Origin: Sedimentisphaerales bacterium
Lineage (GTDB): Bacteria; Planctomycetota; Phycisphaerae; Sedimentisphaerales; Anaerobacaceae
Reading direction: 5' to 3'
DNA: 64,000 nt
NCBI GenBank assembly: GCA_963662565.2
Contig: CAXXXG010000008.1
Location: forward strand, 3,614 to 67,613
Part shown: positions 9,826 through 19,017 of the stretch, piece after piece
Numbering within the stretch: position 1 is the stretch's first letter
How the letters are laid out: the number at the start of each line of letters is the position of its first letter
Notes under the pieces: generated by a model
Told to the model about the DNA's origin: nothing
The model's database searches: none
The model's input: the letters and a program-made list of their open reading frames with translations, nothing else
Program-made: the position numbers and the translations under genes

Positions 9826-10841
9826 AAAGCCTCCGGATACCGGGCACAGGCACTGGTGATAATGCGGTCTATCAGGACTTCATAGGCCAACCCCTCCTGC
9901 GTGGCGATCATGGGCAGGTCCGAGTGGGTCGGATGCAGGCCGGGCAGGGGATTGATTTCGATAAAGCAGGGACGACCGTTATGATCGAGACGGATGTCTA
10001 CCCGTCCGGTGTCACGACATTCGAGAGTGCGATAGCTGGCCAGGGCCAAGGCCTCGACCTCCTGACGTAACGGTCCGGTGGGCATGGGAAAGTAACGGAC
10101 ATAGGATTCGCACTGTTCCTTGACTTCATAGGAATAGTCCTGGGCCGGGGCATCCGGGGCGATGGCAAACTCCAGGGTTCCCAGGACAGCCGCATCTGAA
10201 CCAGTCCCCAGGATCGCGGTGGTGAATTCGCGACCGGGCAGGTACTCTTCCACTAATACCGGTTGTTGAAAACGCCGCAGCAGTGCAGTCGCCACCTGAT
10301 CCAGTTGGTCCGGATGGTCCAGACGGGATAAATGGTCCACTCCTTTACCCGTGCCTTCGGCCAAAGGCTTGGCAAAAAGTGGGTAGGTCAGATCGATGTC
10401 ACCCAGTTCCGAAGATTGGGTCACCACCTGGAAACGAGCGGTAGCCAGACCGGCCTGTTGAATCAGTCGCTTGGTCATGGCCTTGTCCAGGGTCAGGGCG
10501 CAGACCAGGGGATCGGAGAAGGTGTAAGGAATTTGGTAGAGTTCCAGTAAGGACGGCACCTGGGCCTCACGCGAGCGGCCATGGAGTCCTTCGGCGATAT
10601 TGAATACCAGGTCCCAGCGTTTCCCCTTGACCAGTTTTTCGGCCAGGGAGCGGGCATGACCGATACGCACCGGTCGATGGCCCAGTCCGTCCAGGGCCTG
10701 CTCGATGGCCTCGATGGTCGCGGCCGAATCGAATTCCGCCACCTGTTCATCAGTGTAACCCTGGGCCAGGTAATCGTCGCGTAAATCGTAGACCAGGCCG
10801 ATGGTCAGTCCGGTGTTGCTGTGTGTATTGAGTGTCGTCAT
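9798..10841 (-). CDS. D-Ala-D-Ala-ligase-family ATP-grasp enzyme
   Basis: LDKAMTKRL, PLFAKPLAEGTGKGV, VEEYLPGREFT, GRVDIRLDHNGRPCFIEINPLPGL. 4-nt overlap with the upstream gene. Confidence 0.8.
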   Translation of the reverse strand: MTTLNTHSNTGLTIGLVYDLRDDYLAQGYTDEQVAEFDSAATIEAIEQALDGLGHRPVRIGHARSLAEKLVKGKRWDLVFNIAEGLHGRSREAQVPSLLELYQIPYTFSDPLVCALTLDKAMTKRLIQQAGLATARFQVVTQSSELGDIDLTYPLFAKPLAEGTGKGVDHLSRLDHPDQLDQVATALLRRFQQPVLVEEYLPGREFTTAILGTGSDAAVLGTLEFAIAPDAPAQDYSYEVKEQCESYVRYFPMPTGPLRQEVEALALASYRTLECRDTGRVDIRLDHNGRPCFIEINPLPGLHPTHSDLPMIATQEGLAYEVLIDRIITSACARYPEALCSTLSKAC

Positions 10842-12583
10842 GATTTCACCTCGGTAAATTCATGGGCTAGTGCCTTGGCCATGCCATGGAAAAAGGCAGG
10901 TGCGCCACGGCGCAGATTGCGTAGGCTGTATCCCCCCTCCTGGACCACCAGTGTCGGCAAACGTAGGTCGCCGATCCGCTGGCCTATTTGACGCAGAGAT
11001 GTGGCCGTGAGGACGAACGAACCGGTGGGGTCGCCCTTCATGGTGTCGAATCCGATGCAGACCACCAGGAAGGTGGGTGCGAAGCGGACGATTTGTTTGA
11101 GGGCCTTGTCCAGGGTCTGGAGATAGAGCGTTTCGTCGGTGTTCTCGGGCAAGGGAAAATTCACATTAAATCCTGCACCCGACCCTTGACCGGTTTCGTC
11201 GCTGAACCCACTGAAATACGGATACGAATGGTTGGGGTGGCCGTGAATGCTGATCGTCAGCACGTCGGAGCGTTCGTAGAAGATGTCCTGGGCTCCATTG
11301 CCGTGGTGATAGTCAATGTCGAGCATAGCGACCTTGCCCTGGGCGCTGAGATAGTGCGCGGCAATGGCGGCGTTGTTGAAGTAACAAAATCCGCCGAAGG
11401 TGCGTCGCTCGGCATGGTGACCGGGCGGGCGGCACAGACTGTAGGCCACGCGTCGACCGTGCAGCATTTCCTCGGCCCCGGTCAGGGCGATATCCACGGC
11501 CTGGCGGGCGGCCTGGTAGGCGTTGCGGTCCAGGGGCGTGAAGGTGTCGATGCAGTAGTAACCCGCACGCACGGCCAGTTCCTTGGGCCGTCGCTCGGGC
11601 CGCCGAATGGGAAATACGTAGGGATAGACCGGACCCTTGTCACTGAGTTTTTCGCAGACCACTTTCAGGTAGGTCACGAAATCGCCGGCATGGACGTGTC
11701 GCAGGTGGTCCTCGCCATAGTGACGGGGCTTGATGGGATCGAACAGACCCGTGGGCTGCAAGGCCTGTTCCAGGGCTCCGACCCGAGCGGGTCGTTCCAC
11801 GTAGCCACGATCCTTAACGTGATGGATCGTGTGCAGATCGCCCGAGACCAGGGCAAAGGCCTTGACCCGATGGTCCTTGTGTTGAGTGGGTGACTCGGCA
11901 GTGTGGTAGCGCGGATCGCGGAGCCGGACCGGATTCTCGATCACGCTCTCGACAACCCGCTCGATATAGTCGGGCGGGACGATGTGGCCATACTTACGCT
12001 TGAGGATGATCCGCATGGCCGCGCGACACTCGGATCGCTTTAATGGCTTGCCACTGCCCAGATCGTCGTAAAGCAAATACGGAGCCGGATCGTCGTCGAT
12101 GGGGGTCTCGAATTCGGTGTTGATGATGGGACGCAGACCGTACTGTTCATAGAAGGCCAGATGTTTCTGGTTTTCCTTTAACAGCTTGGCGTCCTTAACG
12201 ACCTCAGGGTCGTCAGGCAACACCTCCATGTAGAGCCCGCGAGAGCCCTGGCTTTTGAGGTATTCCTGGGTGGCCTCGAACAAGGCGCTGCCGATCCCGC
12301 GTCCACGTCGCTCCCCGATTGTGGCCAGGAAGTCCAGCAGGCTGCTATTGATCTCCGGGAAGTGAATCACCAGAGAAAAGCCGGTGACCTTACCCAGCGA
12401 GGTCTCGCTGACCAGCAGGATGGTCCGGTAGCCAAACTTGAAGGGATGGTCCAGCAATTCGGGGATCTTGTCCGCATAGTCGGCCACGGCCCCAAAGTTA
12501 CGTCGGAAGATGTCCTGGGTCTGGCGGATGCGTTCCCGATCGATGGGAAGAACCGTACCATAGACCCGTTGAATCAGAATCAT
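10838..12583 (-). CDS. GNAT acetyltransferase fused to an HDAC/acetylpolyamine-amidohydrolase-type deacetylase
   Basis: N-terminal GNAT: ATIGERRGRGIGSALFEA. C-terminal Zn-deacetylase motifs: CRPPGHHAE, MLDIDYHHGNGAQDIF, GFDTMKGDP, VQEGGY. Confidence 0.85.
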   Translation of the reverse strand: MILIQRVYGTVLPIDRERIRQTQDIFRRNFGAVADYADKIPELLDHPFKFGYRTILLVSETSLGKVTGFSLVIHFPEINSSLLDFLATIGERRGRGIGSALFEATQEYLKSQGSRGLYMEVLPDDPEVVKDAKLLKENQKHLAFYEQYGLRPIINTEFETPIDDDPAPYLLYDDLGSGKPLKRSECRAAMRIILKRKYGHIVPPDYIERVVESVIENPVRLRDPRYHTAESPTQHKDHRVKAFALVSGDLHTIHHVKDRGYVERPARVGALEQALQPTGLFDPIKPRHYGEDHLRHVHAGDFVTYLKVVCEKLSDKGPVYPYVFPIRRPERRPKELAVRAGYYCIDTFTPLDRNAYQAARQAVDIALTGAEEMLHGRRVAYSLCRPPGHHAERRTFGGFCYFNNAAIAAHYLSAQGKVAMLDIDYHHGNGAQDIFYERSDVLTISIHGHPNHSYPYFSGFSDETGQGSGAGFNVNFPLPENTDETLYLQTLDKALKQIVRFAPTFLVVCIGFDTMKGDPTGSFVLTATSLRQIGQRIGDLRLPTLVVQEGGYSLRNLRRGAPAFFHGMAKALAHEFTEVKS

Positions 12584-13932
12584 TCGTAGGCCTCTGTGTC
12601 ATTGTCCGGGCCGCAGCAGGCACGGCGTCGATCCAGACGCACGGCCCGGTCGGGCTGGATGTGACTGTGGGCTCCGGAGGCCACATGCCAGACGCTGGGG
12701 GCGGCACCCTCGGCGGGGCTGACTATGGGGTCTTCGAAGCGGCTATGCGGTTCGGGGTAGGCGATCAGCATGCCTTCGTAGTTGCGAAGGACCGTGTGCG
12801 TGGGACTCTGGGACACCACGTAGGTCGGCAGCACGGGAATCTTTCCGCCGCCGTGCGGGGCATCGACCACAAAGGTCGGGATGGCCAGACCGCCCACGCG
12901 GCCGCGCAGGTATTCCATGATCTCCATACCCTTGGTAACGGGAGTACGGAAGTGCTCCACACCCCGAACCAGGTCACACTGGTAAAGGTAATAGGGACGC
13001 ACCCGCATACGGACCAGGCTGCGGCAGAGCTGCTCCTGGATGTGCGGATGGTCGTTGACTCCCCGCAACAGGACCGACTGGTTACCCAGAGGGATGCCCG
13101 CGTCGGCCAGGCGAGTGCAGGCTTCGATCGATTCGGGGGTGATTTCGTTCGGGTGGTTGAAGTGGGTGTTGATCCAGACCGGATGGTATTGACGCAGCAT
13201 CTGACAGAGTTCGTCGGTGATGCGTTGCGGCAGGACCACGGGCATGCGCGTACCGATGCGGATAATCTGTACCGACGGAACACTCCGCAGGTGCAGTAGG
13301 ATCGTCTCCAGCTTGTCTGTGGTCATGGTCAGGGGATCGCCGCCCGAAATGATCACGTCCGAGACGTCCGGGTGCCGAGTCAGGTAGTCGACCACCTGAT
13401 TGAGTCGTTGACGGCTGATGCTGTTTTCTCGGGTTCCGGCGACGCGTTTACGCGTACAGTGACGGCAGTACATCGAACACATGGTGGTGGCGATCACCAG
13501 GGCACGGTCCCCATAACGGTGAATCAATCCCGGAACCGGCATATCGCGACATTCCTCCAGGGGATCGGAACTGAGAAACGGCGGATCGATCAGTTCGTCC
13601 AGTTGCGGAACCGCCATCTGAAACACCGGGTCGGATGGATCGGCCGATCGGATCAGGGAGGCATAGTAAGGGGTGATCGCCATGGGATACTTGCCGATGA
13701 CCGGAGACAGGTCGGAAGAGGCCTTCAGGGCGGGAAAGAGATTTAGCAGTTGCGGAACCGTTCGAATACGGCTGCGGATCTGCCAGCGCCAATCATTCCA
13801 TTCGGGATGACGTACGGGGGCGGGGATCAAAGTCGAAGACTGGAGGCAGACCGGTGGAGGTTCGTCGTCGGCACTTGTCCGCGCGACCGACGTCAGTACG
13901 GGATTACCTCCTTTCTGGAAATTATGATTCAT
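12580..13932 (-). CDS. KamA-family radical-SAM lysine 2,3-aminomutase (paralogue 1)
   Basis: [12 protein letters not shown] radical-SAM cluster, [45 protein letters not shown]. Has N- and C-terminal extensions. Confidence 0.9.
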   Translation of the reverse strand: MNHNFQKGGNPVLTSVARTSADDEPPPVCLQSSTLIPAPVRHPEWNDWRWQIRSRIRTVPQLLNLFPALKASSDLSPVIGKYPMAITPYYASLIRSADPSDPVFQMAVPQLDELIDPPFLSSDPLEECRDMPVPGLIHRYGDRALVIATTMCSMYCRHCTRKRVAGTRENSISRQRLNQVVDYLTRHPDVSDVIISGGDPLTMTTDKLETILLHLRSVPSVQIIRIGTRMPVVLPQRITDELCQMLRQYHPVWINTHFNHPNEITPESIEACTRLADAGIPLGNQSVLLRGVNDHPHIQEQLCRSLVRMRVRPYYLYQCDLVRGVEHFRTPVTKGMEIMEYLRGRVGGLAIPTFVVDAPHGGGKIPVLPTYVVSQSPTHTVLRNYEGMLIAYPEPHSRFEDPIVSPAEGAAPSVWHVASGAHSHIQPDRAVRLDRRRACCGPDNDTEAYE

Positions 13933-14092
13933 GGATCAAATCCTTATCTTAAGAAAATAGAATACCGTTCGAGCAAACGCTCTCACAATGACGGGATGTA
14001 GTTCCTCTCCGAGGTTCACACCGATCGTCGGCACGAATATTCGGGATACCTGAGCACTCTCACCTTAAAGTTGTCAATCAACAATGGCTGAG

Positions 14093-14121
14093 GATATAGT
14101 ACGTTTTATTCGGCAGGTCAA
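14093..14121 (-). promoter_or_regulatory. candidate sigma-70 promoter for the kamA-side operon
   Basis: On the minus strand: TTGACC (14121-14116), 17 nt spacer, TATATC (14098-14093). Implies a leader of about 150 nt to the ATG at 13932. Confidence 0.35.
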
Positions 14122-14161
14122 TCACGAAAAAACAAAAAAACAGAAAAAAAACATTTGGCTG

Positions 14162-14189
14162 TTGACGTTACTGTAAAACAAGCTATATC
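14162..14189 (+). promoter_or_regulatory. candidate sigma-70 promoter for the C39/RimK-side operon
   Basis: TTGACG (14162-14167), 16 nt spacer, TATATC (14184-14189). Preceded by an A-rich tract at 14126-14150. Confidence 0.35.
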
Positions 14190-14250
14190 TAGCGCGCATA
14201 ATATTCCTTTTGGTGGACAAACCGCGTCATGAAAGGATCGTGGTTGACTC

Positions 14251-14974
14251 ATGAGAACGACACTGACATTGGAAATTTTACCACAACCGGACGACACCAC
14301 CTGTGGCCCGACCTGCCTGCATGCCTTGTATCGTTACTTTGGTGAGACCGAGGATCTGTCTGAGGTCATCCGGGAGGTGCCGTCACTGCAAGGTGGGGGA
14401 ACACTGGGTGTCATGCTGGCCAATCATGCCCTGGCCCGCGGCTATCAGGCCACGATCTATACCTACAATCTGCTCATCTTCGATCCGACCTGGTTCGCCC
14501 CCGGTATTATTCTGACCGAGAAGCTGAGTCAGCGACTGGCCGTCACTCAAGACCGCAAGCAACGTCGGGCCTTGGAGGCCTATCTGCACTTCCTGGAACA
14601 AGGAGGAACCCTCTGCCTGGAGGATTTGACACGCTCGCTGTTACGTCGTTTTTTAAATAGCGGACGTCCCATCCTGACCGGGCTCAACTCGACCTTTCTC
14701 TACCGTACCATGCGGGTCTACGGCGACGACATGGTCGATGACGATATCCGTGGGGAGGTGGTCGGACACTTTGTCGTGCTCTGTGGTTACGATCGAGAAA
14801 AAAAAAACCATTCTGATTGCCGATCCCTACAGCGGCAATCCTTATTCTGCCGATCGCATGTATGAAGTTCCTATCGATCGTGTCATCGGTGCCGTTTTCC
14901 TGGGCGTAATGACCTACGATGCCAACTTTTTAATTATCGAGCCCAAGCGGCAACGAAAGGCCCTTGATTCATGA
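14251..14974 (+). pseudogene. C39-like cysteine peptidase, interrupted by a +1 frameshift in an A10 run
   Basis: DDTTCGPTCL (Cys) and GHFVVLCGYD (His). The reading frame moves from frame 1 to frame 2 at A10 (14798-14807); removing one A gives ...YDREKKTILIADPYSGNPY... The stop overlaps the next ATG (ATGA). Confidence 0.7.
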
Positions 14975-16433
14975 AAATACTGCTAGTGGTCTCTAATGCC
15001 AAAAAATGGCCCTTGAATATCCCGGACTGCGAGGTGGTTGCGGCCCGCAAGTATCTGACCGAGCCGGTCTTCTCCCATCTGACAGGTGTGCGGGTCTTCA
15101 ACCTGATGTGTCCCTGCCGTTACCAGAGCCAAGGCTACTACGTGTCCCTCTTGGCCGAGGCCCGCGGCCATAAGCCCGTGCCCAATATCACCACCCTGCG
15201 GGACCTTTACACCCCGGCCATGGTTCGTATGACCAGTGCGGCCCTGCAAGACTCCATCCAAAGCAGTTTGCAGGGCATCAAGTCGGACCGCTTCGAATTG
15301 AGTTTATACTTTGGCCGCAACCTGGCCAAGCGATACGACAAACTCTGTCGTGAGCTATTCAATCGTTTCCACGCCCATTTCCTGCGGGCCATGTTTGTGC
15401 GGGTCAAGGGACAGTGGACCCTACAGAATATCAGCCCCATCAGCATCAACGAAGTACCGGACAGTCACTACCGCTTTGTGGAAGAGGCGGCCAACGACTA
15501 CTTCACCCACGCGGGCTATCGTCAAAGGAAACTCCAAACCTTCCGCTACAGCCTGGCTATCCTGCACCAACCCGGTGAAAAGATGCCCCCTCCAATGGTG
15601 CAGCCCTCAAGAAGTTCGTCAAGGCCGGTCACAAACTGGGCCTGGACGTTCAGTTCATCACCAAGGACGACTTCGGTCGTCTGTCGGAGTTCGATGCCCT
15701 CTTCATTCGCGAGACCACTAATGTCAACAACCACACCTTCCGCTTCGCCCGTTATGCCGAGGCCGACGGTCAGGTGGTAATCGACGACCCCCAGTCCATC
15801 ATTCGCTGTGCCAATAAGGTCTTCCTGGCCGAGTTACTGGGGCATCAACGCATCGCCACGCCCGAGACCATGATCGTACACAAGGACAATGTGGACCTGA
15901 TCCGCCACACCTTGGGCCTGCCCTGCGTACTCAAGCAGCCGGACAGCAGCTTCTCCATCGGCGTCAAGAAGGTCACCGAGGCCGATGATCTGGAACACGA
16001 AGCCCTGGCCATGCTGGAGAAGTCAGAGCTGATCATCGCTCAGGCCTTTTTGCCCACCGAGTTCGACTGGCGCGTGGGCATCCTGGATCAAAAGGTCCTG
16101 TACGTCTGCCGCTATTATATGGCCGAGAATCACTGGCAGATCATCAAGCGGGATGCCAAGGGCCGCAAGGAAGAAGGCAATGCCGACACCCTGCAACTAC
16201 CGGATGTCCCGGAAGAGGTCCTCAAGATCGCCCTGCGTTCCACCGCTCCCATCGGACGTGGGCTCTATGGCGTGGACATCAAACAGGTGGGCAGCAAGTT
16301 CTACGTCATCGAGGTCAACGACAACCCCAGCATCGACGCGGGCGTGGAGGACGCGGTCCTGCAGGACGACCTCTACCAACAGATCATGGCCGTGTTCCTG
16401 CAACGCATCGAACAACGCAAGGCCGTGGTCTAA
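14971..16433 (+). pseudogene. RimK-like ATP-grasp ligase with RLAN-type N-terminal domain, interrupted by a -1 frameshift in a C5 run
   Basis: The N-terminal domain matches the RimK-like ATP-grasp N-terminal (RLAN) pattern. After ATGCCCCCTCC (15583-15593) homology continues in another frame (PSNGAALKKFVKAGHKLGLDVQFI...DALFIRETT...VVIDDPQSIIRCANKVFL...IEVNDNPSID). Confidence 0.75.
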
Positions 16434-16445
16434 GGATCCTTCAGC

Positions 16446-17669
16446 ATGAGCAAAACATCACTCCACCTCTTCGAAGGCTACGGCCTGGAACTGGAATACA
16501 TGATTGTGGACCGCGATACCTTTGAGGTACGCCCCATCGCCGACTGGCTACTGGCCCAAGTCGGCCCCCAGGGTACCCGCGAGGTAGAACAGGGGCAACT
16601 GTGCTGGTCCAACGAACTGGCCCTGCATGTCATCGAACTCAAGGGCAACGGCCCGGTGGCGGACATGACAACCCTGGCCGACCCTCTACAGCGTGACATT
16701 GCCCGTATGAACGAGCTGCTGGCCGCCCAGGGGGCCTGCTTGATGGGCTCGGCCGTACACCCCTGGATGGATCCCGATGCCGACTCTCGCCTGTGGCCCT
16801 TTGAGGATGCCCCGATTTACCAGGCTCTGGACCGCATCTTCGGTTGTCACGGTCACGGCTGGTTCAACCTGCAATCGGCCCACCTGAATCTGCCCTTTGC
16901 CAATGACGAGGAATTCGCCCGCCTGCATGCGGCCATTCGCCTGGTGCTGCCGATCATTCCGGCCCTGGCTGCGGCCTCGCCGTTTTTGGATGGGGTTGAC
17001 ACCGGCCTGTGGGACGCCCGTCTGCATGTCTACAGCCAGCACTGCAACCGCCTGCCTGCGGCCATTGGCAAGGTCATTCCCGAGCCAGTCTCCAGCGAGC
17101 AGGAATACCAGGACACCATCCTGGAGCCGCTGTATCAATTGCTGCGTCCGCTGGATAAAGAAGGCACCCTCTGTTACGAATGGAGCAATGCCCGTGGTGC
17201 CATCGCCCGCTTCGAACGTAACGCCATCGAAGTCCGCCTGATCGACGTGCAGGAACATCCCGGCATGGATCAGGCCGTGGTCGGGGCGGTGGCAGCGGCC
17301 ATCCGCCTGCTGACCGATCAGGCTTGCCAGGACAAGGACGCCATGAACGCTCTGTCCTGTGTGCGTTTGCGCAAGATCCTGGACGAAGCTATTGCCTGGG
17401 GCGAACAGGCCCAGGTTACTGACGATGATTTTTTGCGTCTTTTGTGTGGTTCGGATCATCCCCGGTCCGCCCAACAGGTGTGGCGGGATATGATCTACCG
17501 CTGCTCGGATTTTGCGGGTCCGGCCCGTGCAGGGGTTGAACAACTCCTTACACAGGGGACCCTGGCGACGCGATTGCGTCAGGTCACTGGCCCGGTCACC
17601 GGGGAGTCCTTGCACAGGACCGCACAGCGATTATGTCAGGCCTTGGCACGTGGGGAAATGTTGGTGTAG
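16446..17669 (+). CDS. GCS2-family carboxylate-amine ligase (glutamate-cysteine ligase family 2 / YbdK-like)
   Basis: GLELEYMIVD, ELALHVIELK, GMGSAVHPW and HLNLPF pattern of the GCS2 family. 407 aa. Confidence 0.7.
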   Translation: MSKTSLHLFEGYGLELEYMIVDRDTFEVRPIADWLLAQVGPQGTREVEQGQLCWSNELALHVIELKGNGPVADMTTLADPLQRDIARMNELLAAQGACLMGSAVHPWMDPDADSRLWPFEDAPIYQALDRIFGCHGHGWFNLQSAHLNLPFANDEEFARLHAAIRLVLPIIPALAAASPFLDGVDTGLWDARLHVYSQHCNRLPAAIGKVIPEPVSSEQEYQDTILEPLYQLLRPLDKEGTLCYEWSNARGAIARFERNAIEVRLIDVQEHPGMDQAVVGAVAAAIRLLTDQACQDKDAMNALSCVRLRKILDEAIAWGEQAQVTDDDFLRLLCGSDHPRSAQQVWRDMIYRCSDFAGPARAGVEQLLTQGTLATRLRQVTGPVTGESLHRTAQRLCQALARGEMLV

Positions 17670-17710
17670 TGTCACGACCGTGGCATAACTCTCCGTCGGA
17701 GTGAACAAGC

Positions 17711-18217
17711 ATGTCTTGGAAATGGATTTGGGATATCAGCCCACTGGATTACCACTCGATCCTCTGTGTCGTAGCCGGCGCCGCCTTTGTCGGTCTCGAA
17801 CGCCAACTGATGGGGAAACCTATTGGTATCCGTACCAGTTCACTGATCAGTTTTGGAACCTATATTTTTGTGGCGATGGCACAGTCGATCATCAGTGAGC
17901 AAATGGACCCATCCCGTATCATCGGCCAAATCATCACAGGGATCGGCTTTTTGGGTGCGGGTGTAATGTTTTCCCAGAATGGATCCGTGCAAGGCGTCAC
18001 ATCGGCAGCGGCGATTTGGATCTTGGCGGCAATCGGTGCCGTTGGCGGGCTGGGATATCCCCATCTCAGTGTGAAGATCGGAATTCTGGCTGTTTTATTG
18101 TTGGTGGGGATCGAAAAGGTCGAAAGAACCTTCACCTTTATGCAGCGTGGTGTGCATCGTCGAGTGCAGCAGTATCGGGACAGATCTCCCGATAAAGCGA
18201 AACAGGCAAACAAATAA
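17711..18217 (+). CDS. MgtC/SapB-family membrane protein
   Basis: GAAFVGLERQLMGKPIGIRTSSLISFGT, ITGIGFLGAGVMF, AAAIWILAAIGAVGGLG. Confidence 0.8.
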   Translation: MSWKWIWDISPLDYHSILCVVAGAAFVGLERQLMGKPIGIRTSSLISFGTYIFVAMAQSIISEQMDPSRIIGQIITGIGFLGAGVMFSQNGSVQGVTSAAAIWILAAIGAVGGLGYPHLSVKIGILAVLLLVGIEKVERTFTFMQRGVHRRVQQYRDRSPDKAKQANK

Positions 18218-18228
18218 GGTAGACATCC

Positions 18229-19017
18229 ATGGAAACGACAGAAGTCCTCTGGACATTAACCGAACAAGAGGGCCCCATTGTGGCCTGTGCCATTCATGAG
18301 GGTCACGACGTCCGACCCGAGGTTGCCATAGGCTTGGCTCTCCATGAAGATGACCGTCTGCGTGAAGAAGATCCCTATAGCGGCGAATGGACCGCTGTGG
18401 GGGACACTCGACTGGTCGTGCATCGTTCACGCTTTGAAATGGATCTCAACCGCCCGCGCGAGCGGGCCGTGTATATCGAGCCGGCCGACGCCTGGGGGCT
18501 GACCGTCTGGCAACAGCGTCCGCCGCAGGCATTGATCGATCGATCGCTGGCCCAGTACGACGATTTTTATGCCATGCTAGGGGACCTGCTCGTTCGCAAA
18601 CAAAAAGAGCATTCTCGACTGGTGGTCCTGGATCTGCACACGTATAATCACCACCGCTTGGGACCGGAGCAGCCCTTTGACGATCCGGCCCTGAATCCCG
18701 AGATCAATGTAGGCACCGACACCATGGACCGGTCGCGTTGGACCCCGCTGGTGGAGCGTTTCATGCAGGACCTGCGTGAGTACGATTTCATGGGACGGTC
18801 CCTGGATGTCCGAGAGAACGTAAAATTCGGTGGCGGTTGGATGAGCCAGTGGATCCACGATCACTTCGGCGAACAGATATGCGTGCTGTCCGTGGAGTTC
18901 AAAAAGACCTTCATGGACGAGTGGACCGGCCAACTCTATCCGGATCTATTGGCAGCCTTTCACTGTGCTCTGGTGGCAACCCTGCCGGGCCTACGAGAAA
19001 GTTTGAAGTCATTGTGA
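18229..19017 (+). CDS. N-formylglutamate amidohydrolase (FGase)-family hydrolase
   Basis: AIHEGH, RSRFEMDLNR, VVLDLHTYNH and SVEFKK resemble the FGase family layout. Confidence 0.65.
   Translation: METTEVLWTLTEQEGPIVACAIHEGHDVRPEVAIGLALHEDDRLREEDPYSGEWTAVGDTRLVVHRSRFEMDLNRPRERAVYIEPADAWGLTVWQQRPPQALIDRSLAQYDDFYAMLGDLLVRKQKEHSRLVVLDLHTYNHHRLGPEQPFDDPALNPEINVGTDTMDRSRWTPLVERFMQDLREYDFMGRSLDVRENVKFGGGWMSQWIHDHFGEQICVLSVEFKKTFMDEWTGQLYPDLLAAFHCALVATLPGLRESLKSL

Noticed and set aside
10988-11893. 301-aa ORF antisense to the GNAT::HDAC gene
   Set aside because: Shadow ORF with no motifs. The HDAC signatures lie on the minus strand.
13933-14092. Possible lysine (L-box) riboswitch in the ~150-nt leader of the kamA-side operon
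   Set aside because: I could not find the conserved L-box core elements or the expected multi-helix junction by eye. Only a covariance-model search (Rfam Lysine) could settle it.
15583-15593. Programmed -1 ribosomal frameshift in the RimK-like gene
   Set aside because: There is no canonical X XXY YYZ slippery heptamer and no obvious downstream pseudoknot or hairpin. An indel in a C-run is the simpler explanation.
16686-17615. 309-aa ORF antisense to the GCS2 ligase gene
   Set aside because: A typical GC-rich antisense shadow ORF with Arg/Gly/Pro-rich, low-complexity translation. The sense strand carries clear family motifs.
18837-19013. Upstream extension of the DUF1704/QEGLA ORF (the track gives 697 aa from 18837)
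   Set aside because: This part overlaps the 3' end of the FGase-like gene in another frame and shows no family similarity. GTG 19014 overlaps the upstream stop (GTGA), like the other coupled junctions in the operon.
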